Source: Arcobacteraceae bacterium
GTDB lineage: Bacteria; Campylobacterota; Campylobacteria; Campylobacterales; Arcobacteraceae
Direction: 5' to 3'
DNA: 64,000 nt
NCBI GenBank assembly: GCA_048268245.1
Contig: JBLWVX010000001.1
Coordinates: forward strand, 32,001 to 96,000
In this document: positions 19,685 through 29,801 of the stretch, piece by piece
How the letters are laid out: each line of letters starts with the position of its first letter
How positions within the stretch are numbered: position 1 is the stretch's first letter
The notes under the pieces: generated by a model
What the model was told of the DNA's origin: nothing
Databases searched by the model: none
What the model saw: only the letters and a program-made list of their open reading frames with translations
Translations under genes and position numbers: made by a program

Positions 19685-20575
19685 CTAATAAGCTTTTAAA
19701 GAGTTTACAAAAGTCATAGAAACTTTTGAAACTGTTTCATTTATAATTTTATCCATAAACTTTTCAAACTTATCTTGCTTTTTCCAAATAGGATAATCAA
19801 CTTTTGATAATTTCTCTAACTTATCTTTAGCATAAGAAATAGTAGCAACTTCATCTACAAGTCCAACTTCTTTTGCTTGTCTTGATGTAAAAACTCTAGC
19901 ATCTGCGAATTTTGTATGATTTTCTACTTTTAATCCTCTTGCACTTGCAACATCATTTATAAACATATTATAAGTGTCATCAATTATTGATTGTAATTGT
20001 TCTTTTTCATAATCAAACCATTTTCTAGTTGGTGTTCCTGACTCTTTATACTTACCAGCTTTTACAGTTTGTGTTGAAATACCAATTTTAGCCATCAACT
20101 CTTCTGTATTTACACCTTGCATAATAACACCAATAGACCCAACCATACTTCCAGGATTGGCAATAATTTCATTTGCCCAAATAGAAGCATAATATGAACC
20201 ACTAGCAATTACACCACTTGCATAAACAACAACAGGTTTTACTTCTTTTAACTCTTTAATTGCATAAGCTAATTCAACAGAAGGTGCAACAGCTCCTCCA
20301 GGGGAATTCACTTCAAGCAATACACCTTTTATATTATCAGACTCTTTTGCTTTTTGTAATTGTTCTAAAGTCTTATTCACATCTAATATTGGTCCAAATA
20401 ATACTATTTTTTGTAAATTAGCAACTTCATAAGAGCCTTTAGTTTCATTACTACTTCCTGTTCCATAAACTACAAAGTATACAATTGTCAAAAAAACTAC
20501 TGTTTTAAAATATTTTGTAATAAAATCCAAAACAGCAATTATTGGATAAAAAAGTTTCTTTATAAAATTAAACAT
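19685..20575 (-). CDS. sppA: Signal peptide peptidase SppA (S49)
   Basis: NSPGG, ASGSYY, GSIGV, KAGKYK. Confidence 0.92.
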   Translation of the reverse strand: MFNFIKKLFYPIIAVLDFITKYFKTVVFLTIVYFVVYGTGSSNETKGSYEVANLQKIVLFGPILDVNKTLEQLQKAKESDNIKGVLLEVNSPGGAVAPSVELAYAIKELKEVKPVVVYASGVIASGSYYASIWANEIIANPGSMVGSIGVIMQGVNTEELMAKIGISTQTVKAGKYKESGTPTRKWFDYEKEQLQSIIDDTYNMFINDVASARGLKVENHTKFADARVFTSRQAKEVGLVDEVATISYAKDKLEKLSKVDYPIWKKQDKFEKFMDKIINETVSKVSMTFVNSLKAY

Positions 20576-21791
20576 CTTCTCCTCCTATAATAGTTTTGTT
20601 TACAAATTTAGTATGTAAAATAATATGCATTGCTAAATCATCTTTATCATTAACCTCATCAGGTAAAGAAAATGAAATAATATCAGCATCTGCATCATTT
20701 TTTAACACACCTTTATTTAAACCAAGAGCTTTACTTCCACCATATGTAGCTGCTTTTAAAAGTTTATTTGATAATTCGATGATATTTTCATCAACATGAA
20801 TCATTAAAGCATTTCTTAACTCATCAAACATCGACAAAGAGTTATTGGAACTTAATCCATCAGTACCGATACTAAGATTAATATCATTTAAATTACTTAC
20901 ATCTAGTTTAGTATTATTTAAAACTCTATTTGAAGTAACACAATGATTAATTGTGGCATTTAAATCTTCTATCTTTTTTAAATCATCATTGCTTGCTTCA
21001 ACACAATGAGTAAAAGAGAGTTTTTCCACACCATTAAATTGATTTAAAAACTCCATTGGTTTTGTAACAGCTTTATCTTGCCCTAAAAAGTTTTTAAAGA
21101 AATCAATAAATAAACCTTCATCCCTATGAAGCCATTCAAACTCCTCAGGTGATTCTAAAAAATGAGAACTTACAGCTAAGTTTTCTTCTTTTGCAATATT
21201 TAAAGTCTCTCTTATTAAAAAAGGATGAACTGAATAAGGTGAATGAATAGCAATAGCTGGTATTAAACTTTTACTCGCATGTTTTTTAACATTTTTAAGT
21301 CTTGATTTAAAATCAGCAAATAAAGTATCAACCATATCAGCTTTACTTCCAATTACCTCACAAAAAAAGACTTTATTTAGTGGTGATTTTAAACATGGCT
21401 CTAAATCAAAAGAGTAAGAAGAAATAGCACCAATAGTTGTAGTACCAGTTTTTTTCATCTTTTTTAATTTATCTTCGATTAATTTACTATTTGCTTTTTC
21501 AATTAAATTATCTCTATTTTTAATAACAGAGTTTAGCCAATTCATGAAGTTACCATATTTCAAAGTTGTACTATTTGCACTAAACTCTAAATGCACATGA
21601 GAGTTTATAAGTCCTGGCATTAAAACAGAGTTTTCTTTTTCTTCTTGGATTTGGATATTTGGATATTTTTTTTGGATATTTTCTTTTGTGTCTATGTCTA
21701 TGATTTTATCGGAAAAAACAATAGCACCATTTTCTATAATGCTATTGTTTTCATCGCAGGTTACAACCCACTTTGAACTTAAGATTTTCAT
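20568..21791 (-). CDS. Metal-dependent amidohydrolase, probable aminofutalosine deaminase (MqnF-like)
   Basis: PGLINSHVHLEFS, HSPYSVH, HFLES, GTDG; sits beside aroQ and sppA as in Campylobacter. Confidence 0.7.
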   Translation of the reverse strand: MKILSSKWVVTCDENNSIIENGAIVFSDKIIDIDTKENIQKKYPNIQIQEEKENSVLMPGLINSHVHLEFSANSTTLKYGNFMNWLNSVIKNRDNLIEKANSKLIEDKLKKMKKTGTTTIGAISSYSFDLEPCLKSPLNKVFFCEVIGSKADMVDTLFADFKSRLKNVKKHASKSLIPAIAIHSPYSVHPFLIRETLNIAKEENLAVSSHFLESPEEFEWLHRDEGLFIDFFKNFLGQDKAVTKPMEFLNQFNGVEKLSFTHCVEASNDDLKKIEDLNATINHCVTSNRVLNNTKLDVSNLNDINLSIGTDGLSSNNSLSMFDELRNALMIHVDENIIELSNKLLKAATYGGSKALGLNKGVLKNDADADIISFSLPDEVNDKDDLAMHIILHTKFVNKTIIGGEDV

Positions 21792-21803
21792 AAAGTTTTT
21801 AAT

Positions 21804-22274
21804 TTATTCAGCGTTTTGAGAAGACTCTTCTACAGCTTTAATCTCTGAGATAATTTGCATTAAAGCTATAAGTCCCATGTGATATCCAAATGGTCCAAAT
21901 CCAGTAATAACACCAGTTGCTGCACCTGCTGTAATTGATTTTTGTCTAAACTCTTCTCTTTTATAAATATTTGAAATATGAACTTCAACTGTTGGTAATT
22001 CTACAGCTGATAATGCATCTTTAATTGCAATTGAAGTATGAGAGAATGCTGCTGGGTTAATCATAATACCATCAACCTCACCTAAACACTCTTGAACTTT
22101 ATCAACAATCTCACCTTCTAAGTTTGATTGGAAGAATTCTAACTCTACTCCATTTTGAGCTGCTGCATTTTTTAACTGCTCATGAATTTGATCTAAACTC
22201 ATTGGACCGTAAATATGTTGTTCTCTAATTCCTAACATATTTAAGTTTGGCCCTTGAATTACTGCTATTTTCAT
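21804..22274 (-). CDS. aroQ: Type II 3-dehydroquinate dehydratase
   Basis: [34 protein letters not shown]. Confidence 0.97.
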   Translation of the reverse strand: MKIAVIQGPNLNMLGIREQHIYGPMSLDQIHEQLKNAAAQNGVELEFFQSNLEGEIVDKVQECLGEVDGIMINPAAFSHTSIAIKDALSAVELPTVEVHISNIYKREEFRQKSITAGAATGVITGFGPFGYHMGLIALMQIISEIKAVEESSQNAE

Positions 22275-22349
22275 ATTATATTCCTTTTATAAAATTTAGG
22301 TAAGATTATATTTAAATTTATGTTAAATCATACCAAAGAAAGAGAGATT

Positions 22350-23375
22350 ATGAAAAATTTTATTTTATTAAATGAAAACGCTATTTATTTTGAAGCTAAT
22401 TTTTCATGCGACAATGTAATTTTTATAAATTTAGGTGCAGATAAATACTTTATTACTGATGCAAGATATACTATAGAAGCACAAGAGTACACAAAAAATT
22501 GTGAAGTTATAGAATCAAGTGATTTAATTAAAACTGCAAAAGAAATTCTTAAAAAGAATAAAATTAAAAAAATAGTTTTTGATCCAAATGATTTTAAATA
22601 TTCAACTTATACTAACCTAACAAATGATCTAAAAACACAATTTATTCCAAAAGCTAATTTTTCTAAAGAAAAAAGAATTATTAAAACAGATGAAGAGATA
22701 AAATACTTAAAAAAAGCTGCAAAACTAGGAAGAAAAGGCTTTGATAATTTTGCCAAATATATTAGAAAAAATGGTTTTAATCAAACAGAAGAGTTTTTAC
22801 ATTTTAAAGCTATTGAGAAAATGAGTCAAGCAGGAAAACTTGAACTTAGTTTTGACCCTATAGTTGCAATAAATAAAAATGCAGCAAAACCCCATGCTCT
22901 TCCTACAAATAAAAAACTAAAATTGAACAATCTACTTTTAGTTGATGCAGGAGTAAAGTATAAAAGATACTGTTCTGATAGGACATGTACTTCAAATGCT
23001 AATTTTGAAAATTTCTCTTTTAAAAGAGAGCAAAAATTCAAAAATAAAAAGCATCAAAAAATTTATGATTTAGTATATAAAGCTCAATTAAATGCCATAC
23101 AAAATGCAAGATCTGGTATGAAGGCAAGTCAAATTGACAAACTTGCTAGAGATGTTATTGAAAAAGCTGGTTACGGTAAATATTTTGTGCATAGTACTGG
23201 TCATGGAGTTGGTCTTGATATACATGAATTTCCAAATATCAATACAAGAAGTGATGTGATTATAGAAGATAATATGGTCTTTACAATAGAACCAGGTATC
23301 TACTTACCAGATGAATTTGGGGTAAGAATTGAAGATACAGTAGTAATGAAAAATGGTAAAGCCATAATTCTTTAA
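22350..23375 (+). CDS. Xaa-Pro aminopeptidase (M24)
   Basis: DAG...YCSDRT, HSTGHGVGLDIHE, TIEPGIY, GVRIED; start likely ATG 22350. Confidence 0.9.
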   Translation: MKNFILLNENAIYFEANFSCDNVIFINLGADKYFITDARYTIEAQEYTKNCEVIESSDLIKTAKEILKKNKIKKIVFDPNDFKYSTYTNLTNDLKTQFIPKANFSKEKRIIKTDEEIKYLKKAAKLGRKGFDNFAKYIRKNGFNQTEEFLHFKAIEKMSQAGKLELSFDPIVAINKNAAKPHALPTNKKLKLNNLLLVDAGVKYKRYCSDRTCTSNANFENFSFKREQKFKNKKHQKIYDLVYKAQLNAIQNARSGMKASQIDKLARDVIEKAGYGKYFVHSTGHGVGLDIHEFPNINTRSDVIIEDNMVFTIEPGIYLPDEFGVRIEDTVVMKNGKAIIL

Positions 23376-23449
23376 TTTAAATAAACTAAAAAAAATCAAA
23401 GTTGATTAAAATAATAAACTTTGATTTTTTGATTTAAAAAGAGATAAAT

Positions 23450-23941
23450 TTGAAAAAAAAATTAAATGAAAATCTAACACTTTATAAAACCTCAAACTTC
23501 CCCTTTACTTCAAAAAATAAATCAAATAAAAGATACTATGTAACTATCGGTATTGGCGGAAATATGGGCGATGTAAAAAAGACTTTTGATAAGTTGTTCT
23601 TATCTTTAATGAAGAATACAAAATTTGATATTCTTATGACGAGTCCACTTTTAAAGAATCCTCCTTTTGGTTATTTAGAACAAAATGATTTTTTAAATGG
23701 TATAATCGCGCTTAAAACTAATCTAGCCCCTAATGATTTTCTTAGAAATATGCAGAGGTTAGAAAAAAGATTTGGAAGAAAGCGATCCTTTCAAGATGCG
23801 CCTAGAACTCTAGATATTGATATAATATTTTTTGATAATAAAAAAATAAATACGCAGGACCTTATAGTTCCTCATAAAGATTGGGCCAATAGAGAATCAG
23901 TGATTATTCCTTTAGAAGAAATGAAAAGGATAAATAAATGA
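23450..23941 (+). CDS. folK: 2-amino-4-hydroxy-6-hydroxymethyldihydropteridine diphosphokinase
   Basis: IGIGGNMG, Q.DFLN, PRTLDIDI, VPH; TTG start. Confidence 0.93.
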   Translation: MKKKLNENLTLYKTSNFPFTSKNKSNKRYYVTIGIGGNMGDVKKTFDKLFLSLMKNTKFDILMTSPLLKNPPFGYLEQNDFLNGIIALKTNLAPNDFLRNMQRLEKRFGRKRSFQDAPRTLDIDIIFFDNKKINTQDLIVPHKDWANRESVIIPLEEMKRINK

Positions 23942-25035
23942 AGAAAAAAGTAGTTGTAGGTATGTCAGGTGGAGTTGATTCATCTGTTACTGCTCTTCTA
24001 TTAAAACAACAAGGCTATGATGTAGTAGGCTTATTTATGCGAAATTGGGAATATGGAATTAAAGGTAGCCAATGTCCTAACCGTATAGAATTTGAAGATG
24101 CAAAAAAAGTTGGTGAACTTATTGGAATTGAAGTAAAAGGTAAAGACTTTGTTGAAGAGTACAGAACAAAAGTATTTGATGTATTTTTAGAAGGTCTTAA
24201 AAAAGGTCTTACTCCTAATCCAGATATTCTATGTAATAGAGAAATAAAATTTAATGTATTTTTAAATGAAGCAAAGAAAATGGGTGCGGATATGATTGCA
24301 ACTGGTCATTATGCAAAGATAGCAAAATATAAAGACCATTTTGTATTAGATACACCAAAAGATAGCTCAAAAGATCAAAGTTACTTTTTACATGCCTTAT
24401 CAAGTGAGCAATTAAGTCATGCTATGTTCCCACTTGGAGACTTAACTAAAACAGAAGTAAGAGAGATAGCAAGAGAGCATAACTTACCTGTAAGTGATAA
24501 AAAAGACAGTACAGGAATTTGTTTTATTGGTAATCAAAGATTTGATGATTTTATTACACAACACCTAAAAGCAATTCCTGGAGATATGATTGATGAGAAT
24601 GGAAAAGTTTTAGGACAACACAAAGGTCTTATTTGTTACACATTAGGACAAAGAAAAGGTATTGGTCTTGGTGGTATTAAAGGAAATGAAGGTGAAAACA
24701 ATACTCATAAATCATGGTATGCTGCTAAAAAAGATGTAGAAAACAACACTTTAACAGTTGTTCAAGATACAAACCATCCTTTGCTAATGAGTGAACACAC
24801 AGAAGCTAGTCATATGCATTGGGTACTAGAAGAGACACCAAAAGTTGGTGATAAACTAATGGCACAAGTAAGATATAGACAACACAAACAAGCTTGTACT
24901 GTAATAGAAGCAAATAATGATAAAGTAATTGTTAAATTTGATGAACCTCAAAGAGCAGTTACTTTAGGTCAGAGTCTTGTTTTATATGATGGTAATTATT
25001 GTCTAGGTGGAGGATTTATTAGTAATTACTATTAA
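23938..25035 (+). CDS. mnmA: tRNA-specific 2-thiouridylase, DxxC (E. coli-like) type
   Basis: SGGVDS, FMRNW, TPNPDILCNREIKF, ATGHY, KDQSYFL, KKDSTGICFIG. Confidence 0.93.
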   Translation: MKKKVVVGMSGGVDSSVTALLLKQQGYDVVGLFMRNWEYGIKGSQCPNRIEFEDAKKVGELIGIEVKGKDFVEEYRTKVFDVFLEGLKKGLTPNPDILCNREIKFNVFLNEAKKMGADMIATGHYAKIAKYKDHFVLDTPKDSSKDQSYFLHALSSEQLSHAMFPLGDLTKTEVREIAREHNLPVSDKKDSTGICFIGNQRFDDFITQHLKAIPGDMIDENGKVLGQHKGLICYTLGQRKGIGLGGIKGNEGENNTHKSWYAAKKDVENNTLTVVQDTNHPLLMSEHTEASHMHWVLEETPKVGDKLMAQVRYRQHKQACTVIEANNDKVIVKFDEPQRAVTLGQSLVLYDGNYCLGGGFISNYY

Positions 25036-25124
25036 ATACACCTACTAAATTAACTCTACTAAAATATTGGGGATAAAACTATCCCCAATAACACTAACTC
25101 AAATAAAGTAAAAGATATTTTAAA

Positions 25125-26162
25125 ATGAACAAACAGAAAGTAATGGTAGGTATGAGTGGTGGAATTGATTCTTCAGTTACTGCTTATATGCTACAAAAAG
25201 AAGGATATGAAGTTGAAGGTTGTTACTTAAAACTTCACAATAGAACAGATGGTTATCACGAAAGTAATTTAAAGTATATTGAAGATGTAGCTAAATTTTT
25301 AGGTATAAAATACCATGTGTTAGATTTAGCAGATGATTTCTCAAAAGAAGTTTATGATTATTTTATTGATTCATATTTAGAAGGTACTACTCCAAATCCA
25401 TGTGTAAAATGTAATAAACAAATAAAATTTGGAGCAATGTTAGATTTTGCAAAAAGTCATGAAGCACAATATTTAGCAACAGGACATTATGCAAAAACTG
25501 ATGGCAAATATTTCTATGAAGCTGATGATAAATCAAAAGATCAAAGCTACTTCTTATCACAAGTAAGCCCTGAGGCACTTCCTTATATGATGTTTCCATT
25601 AAGTACATACAAAAAAGAAGATATTGTTAAATTTGGAGCAGAACTTGATGTGGCTTATAAAAAAATTACAGAAAAAAATGAGTCTCAAGAGATTTGTTTT
25701 GTTGAAACTGTTTATACAGATGTAGTAAAAAGACATGCAAATATTGATCAACCTGGCAAAGTATTAGATGAAGAAGGTAATGTTATAGGTGAGCATAAAG
25801 GCTATGCTCATTATACAATTGGTAAAAGAAGAGGTTTTACAGTTCACGGTGCACATGAACCTCATTTTGTTACTAAGTTAAATGCAAAAGAAAATACTAT
25901 AACTGTGGGTAAAAAAGCAGCACTTGAAGTAAATGAAGTGATTGCTAAGAATCTAAATATGTATACAAAAGATAAAGAGTTTACCTCAACTGTAAAATTA
26001 AGATATAGATCCAAATCATCACCGTGTAAAGTAAAAATAGAAAATGACATTGCAATAATAAAACTTGAAGAACCAGCATTTGGTGTAGCTTCTGGGCAAC
26101 TTGCTGTATTCTATGATAATGAAAAAGTAATAGGTAGTGGATGGATTGAAAGTGCAAAATAA
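25125..26162 (+). CDS. mnmA: tRNA-specific 2-thiouridylase, CxxC type
   Basis: SGGIDS, TPNPCVKCN, ATGHY, KDQSYFL, ESQEICF. Confidence 0.93.
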   Translation: MNKQKVMVGMSGGIDSSVTAYMLQKEGYEVEGCYLKLHNRTDGYHESNLKYIEDVAKFLGIKYHVLDLADDFSKEVYDYFIDSYLEGTTPNPCVKCNKQIKFGAMLDFAKSHEAQYLATGHYAKTDGKYFYEADDKSKDQSYFLSQVSPEALPYMMFPLSTYKKEDIVKFGAELDVAYKKITEKNESQEICFVETVYTDVVKRHANIDQPGKVLDEEGNVIGEHKGYAHYTIGKRRGFTVHGAHEPHFVTKLNAKENTITVGKKAALEVNEVIAKNLNMYTKDKEFTSTVKLRYRSKSSPCKVKIENDIAIIKLEEPAFGVASGQLAVFYDNEKVIGSGWIESAK

Positions 26163-26308
26163 GTAAAATAATTAAGTGAAGAATACAATTCTTCTCTTGA
26201 TTTATATTCCATAATACAAAAAATCTCTAGAAATACATCTAACATTTCATTAAGTACTCTTTAGATAAAATCACACAATACTAACAACAATCATTCAAGG
26301 AAAATTAT

Positions 26309-27241
26309 ATGTCAACATTTAAACTTTTTAGTGGTTCAGCTAATCCTGAGTTTACAGCAAAAGTTGGGGAATATTTAGGTGTTCCAGTTTCAAGTGCTAC
26401 TTTAAATAGATTTAGTGATGGAGAAATCTCTGTTCAAATTACAGAAAGTGTAAGAGGTCAAGATGTATTTATTATTCAACCTACTTGTGCTCCTGCTAAT
26501 GATAACTTAATGGAACTTCTAATTATGGTTGATGCACTAAAAAGATCAAGTGCCAAGTCAATATCAGCGGTTATTCCATACTATGGTTATGCAAGACAAG
26601 ATAGAAAAGCAGCTCCTAGAGTTCCAATTTCTGCAAAATTAACAGCTGATTTATTAGAAGCTGCTGGTATTCATAGAGTTGTAACTATTGACTTACATGC
26701 TGCTCAAATTCAAGGTTTCTTTAATATTCCTGCAGATAACTTATTTGGTTCAATTTTATTTGTAGATTATATTAGATCTAAAAACTTTAAAAACCCAATT
26801 ATTGCAAGTCCAGATATTGGTGGTGTTGCAAGAGCTAGATCTTATGCTGATAAATTAGGATATGACTTAGTAATTGTTGATAAAAAAAGAGAAAAAGCAA
26901 ACGTATCAGAAGTTATGAATATCATTGGTGATGTAAAAGATAAAGATGTTATCCTTGTAGATGATATGGTTGATACAGCTGGAACTTTAGTAAAAGCTGC
27001 TGAAGTTTTAAAGAAAAAAGGAGCAAATTCTGTTATGGCATGTTGTACACATGGTGTACTTTCTGGGCCTGCTTATGATAGAATTGAAAAAGGTGTTTTA
27101 GATGAATTAGTTGTTTCAGACACAATTCCTACACAAAAAAACGCTAAAAAAGTGACTGTATTATCGGCTTCAACTATGATAGGTGAGACTATTAGAAGAA
27201 TCCATAATAACGAATCAGTAAATTCAATTTTTATTGCTTAA
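26309..27241 (+). CDS. prs: Ribose-phosphate pyrophosphokinase
   Basis: FSDGE, YARQDRK, DLHAAQIQGFF, VDDMVDTAGT. Confidence 0.97.
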   Translation: MSTFKLFSGSANPEFTAKVGEYLGVPVSSATLNRFSDGEISVQITESVRGQDVFIIQPTCAPANDNLMELLIMVDALKRSSAKSISAVIPYYGYARQDRKAAPRVPISAKLTADLLEAAGIHRVVTIDLHAAQIQGFFNIPADNLFGSILFVDYIRSKNFKNPIIASPDIGGVARARSYADKLGYDLVIVDKKREKANVSEVMNIIGDVKDKDVILVDDMVDTAGTLVKAAEVLKKKGANSVMACCTHGVLSGPAYDRIEKGVLDELVVSDTIPTQKNAKKVTVLSASTMIGETIRRIHNNESVNSIFIA

Positions 27242-27297
27242 TAATAAATCAATAAATTTATTGTTATAATGTTGAAATTATCAAATAAGGATAAACT

Positions 27298-28395
27298 ATG
27301 AAAAAAATTATTCTATCTACAATTGCATGTGCATCTGTAATTTTAACTGCAAATGCTACTGAGTATAAGTATGAAATAACTCCAATGTATTCTACAGCTT
27401 TTGCTGAGCATAATACAGATTTACCTAAATCATATGGTAATGCTGGTTTAGCTATTGGGTTTAATCAAACAGATTCAATCTTTGACCAAGTAGAAGTTGG
27501 TTTCTTAAGATCTATTGAAGATGTAAACTACCAAAATGTAGCAAACAGAGATACAGGTGTAACAAGAATATTCACTAACTTAATTAAAGAGTATGACTTA
27601 AATTCTACATATTCTTTATATGCATTAGTTGGTGCTGGTGTTGAGTATTTTAATGATGAATTCGCAGGTAATGAAAGCGGATTATTTGGTAACTATGGTG
27701 CTGGTGTTAAAATCAAGTTTTATAAAGATATGGCTGTAAAAGTTGACTTAAGACATGCTATTGAAACTGACCATGGTGATAATACTTTATTATACAATGT
27801 TGGATTATCAATTCCATTTGGAAAAGTTGCAGCTCCTGCACCTGCTCCTGTTGTAGAAAAAGTTGTTGAGCCTGCTCCACTTGATTCTGACAATGATGGT
27901 GTAATTGATGCCAATGACAAATGTCCAAATACAGTTGCAAATGCAGTTGTAAATGCACAAGGTTGTGAATTAGATGATGATAAAGATGGTGTTGTAAATA
28001 GATTAGATCAATGTCCAAATACTATGGCAGATTCAAAAGTTGATACTGTAGGATGTATGACATTAGTTGATTTAAAAATTAACTTTGCTAACAACTCTGC
28101 TAAAATCAATGAACAATATACTTCAAAAATTGTTGAATTTGCAAACGTAATGAAAAACAATACAAAATTAAAAGCTACTATTGAAGCTCATACAGATTCA
28201 GTAGGAAGCAAAGCATACAACCAAAACTTATCTCAAAGAAGAGCTGCTTCAACTATAAAAGCTTTAACTGAGTTAAATGTAGAGGCTTCTAGATTAAAAG
28301 CTATTGGTTATGGTGAAGCAAAACCAGTTGCTAGTAATAAAACTGCAGAAGGTAGAGCAGAAAATAGAAGAGTTACAGCTGTAATATCTAAATAA
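27298..28395 (+). CDS. OmpA-family outer-membrane protein (CadF/OprF-like) with TSP3-like Ca-binding repeats
   Basis: Signal peptide, beta-barrel region, PAPAP linker, DSDNDGV..DKCP x2, AHTDS.G...N..LS.RRA, NRRV. Confidence 0.9.
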   Translation: MKKIILSTIACASVILTANATEYKYEITPMYSTAFAEHNTDLPKSYGNAGLAIGFNQTDSIFDQVEVGFLRSIEDVNYQNVANRDTGVTRIFTNLIKEYDLNSTYSLYALVGAGVEYFNDEFAGNESGLFGNYGAGVKIKFYKDMAVKVDLRHAIETDHGDNTLLYNVGLSIPFGKVAAPAPAPVVEKVVEPAPLDSDNDGVIDANDKCPNTVANAVVNAQGCELDDDKDGVVNRLDQCPNTMADSKVDTVGCMTLVDLKINFANNSAKINEQYTSKIVEFANVMKNNTKLKATIEAHTDSVGSKAYNQNLSQRRAASTIKALTELNVEASRLKAIGYGEAKPVASNKTAEGRAENRRVTAVISK

Positions 28396-28416
28396 TTTAA
28401 TATTATTTTTAAATAT

Positions 28417-28451
28417 AAAAAAGGATTAGTTTTTACTAATCCTTTTTTTTT
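28417..28451 (+). terminator. Intrinsic terminator
   Basis: AAAAAAGGATTAGT-tttt-ACTAATCC followed by T run. Confidence 0.85.
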
Positions 28452-28551
28452 GCTAATTTTTATGCTTATTTTTTATTCGATTTACAATTCTTCAATAAAT
28501 TCTCTATATTTTTATGATATAATTTGTCAAATTATTTCAAAAGGACTTTTG

Positions 28552-29673
28552 ATGAAAAAACTTATATTAGCATCTGTAATCTCATCTTCTTTATTATTTG
28601 CAGCTAGTAACCCAAGTAATGAATATGGTTATGAAGTTACAGGATATGCAGCAGGAATTTTAAGTGACTCTAGTAATAAACTAAAAGATGACAACTACTT
28701 AAATGGTGGGCTTTCAATAGCAAAGAATTTAGATGGCATGATGATTGATCAAATAGAGCTAGGCTTTTTAAGAAGTCAAAGTGTTGAATATAAAGCTGGT
28801 TCAAATACTAATATGAACACTCTATTTTTAAATGCAATTAAAAAGTATGGCATTACTGATAAATTATCAGCATATGGATTAGCTGGATTAGGAAATCAAG
28901 ATGTTTCACAAGAAGTAGGAGAAAATGAAGATTCAATTTTCTTTAACTGGGGTCTTGGTTTAAGATATGACATTCCTTATTACGGTATGGCTGTAAAAGG
29001 TGATGTAAGACATTTATATGCTTTTGAAAATGGTAGAAATGATATTATGTATACTTTAGGTTTAGCTATGCCTCTTGGTAAAAAATATATTGAACCAATT
29101 GTTGCAAAAGTTCCAGTAATCGAAGAAGAGCCAAAACCTATTGAAGTTGTTGAAGAAGCAGATGATGATAATGATGGTGTTATAAACTCAAAAGATTTAT
29201 GTCCGAATACATTAGCAGGTGTTAAAGTAAATAAAAATGGATGTGAGTTAGATGATGATAAAGATGGTGTTGCAAATAGACTTGATCAATGTCCTAATAC
29301 TTCTGCTGGTGTAAAAGTAAATGAAGTTGGATGTGTTGCAACAATTAACTTAAAAATCAATTTTGATTATAATTCAGCTGATGTAAAATCTATATATAAT
29401 AATCAAATTGCTAAATTTTCAGAAATATTAAAAGAAGATAAAAATCTAAGTGCTACTATTGAAGCTCACACAGACTCAAAAGGTAGTGAAAAATATAATG
29501 AAATTCTATCTTTAAGAAGAGCTAATTCTATTGTAAAAGAATTAATTAAAACGGGAATTGAACCTTCTAGACTTACTGCTGTTGGTTATGGTGAAACTAG
29601 ACCAATTGCTACAAATGATACTGCTGATGGTAGAGCACAAAACAGAAGAGTTACTGGACTTATTAACCAATAA
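28552..29673 (+). CDS. Second OmpA-family (CadF/OprF-like) outer-membrane protein
   Basis: Start ATG 28552 (MKKLILAS signal peptide, AAGGA upstream); same architecture as preceding gene. Confidence 0.9.
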   Translation: MKKLILASVISSSLLFAASNPSNEYGYEVTGYAAGILSDSSNKLKDDNYLNGGLSIAKNLDGMMIDQIELGFLRSQSVEYKAGSNTNMNTLFLNAIKKYGITDKLSAYGLAGLGNQDVSQEVGENEDSIFFNWGLGLRYDIPYYGMAVKGDVRHLYAFENGRNDIMYTLGLAMPLGKKYIEPIVAKVPVIEEEPKPIEVVEEADDDNDGVINSKDLCPNTLAGVKVNKNGCELDDDKDGVANRLDQCPNTSAGVKVNEVGCVATINLKINFDYNSADVKSIYNNQIAKFSEILKEDKNLSATIEAHTDSKGSEKYNEILSLRRANSIVKELIKTGIEPSRLTAVGYGETRPIATNDTADGRAQNRRVTGLINQ

Positions 29674-29682
29674 TTGCTTCAA

Positions 29683-29717
29683 TTTAGAAGATTTGGATTT
29701 TTTCCAAATCTTCTAAA
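29683..29717 (+). terminator. Terminator-like hairpin
   Basis: TTTAGAAGATTTGGA-ttttt-TCCAAATCTTCTAAA. Confidence 0.7.
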
Positions 29718-29801
29718 AAACCCTTATTTTTTCTTTTAACTGTAAACTTACATAATTTTAGGTATAATCGCGAATATATAATTAAATAAATAGGATTAGC
29801 C

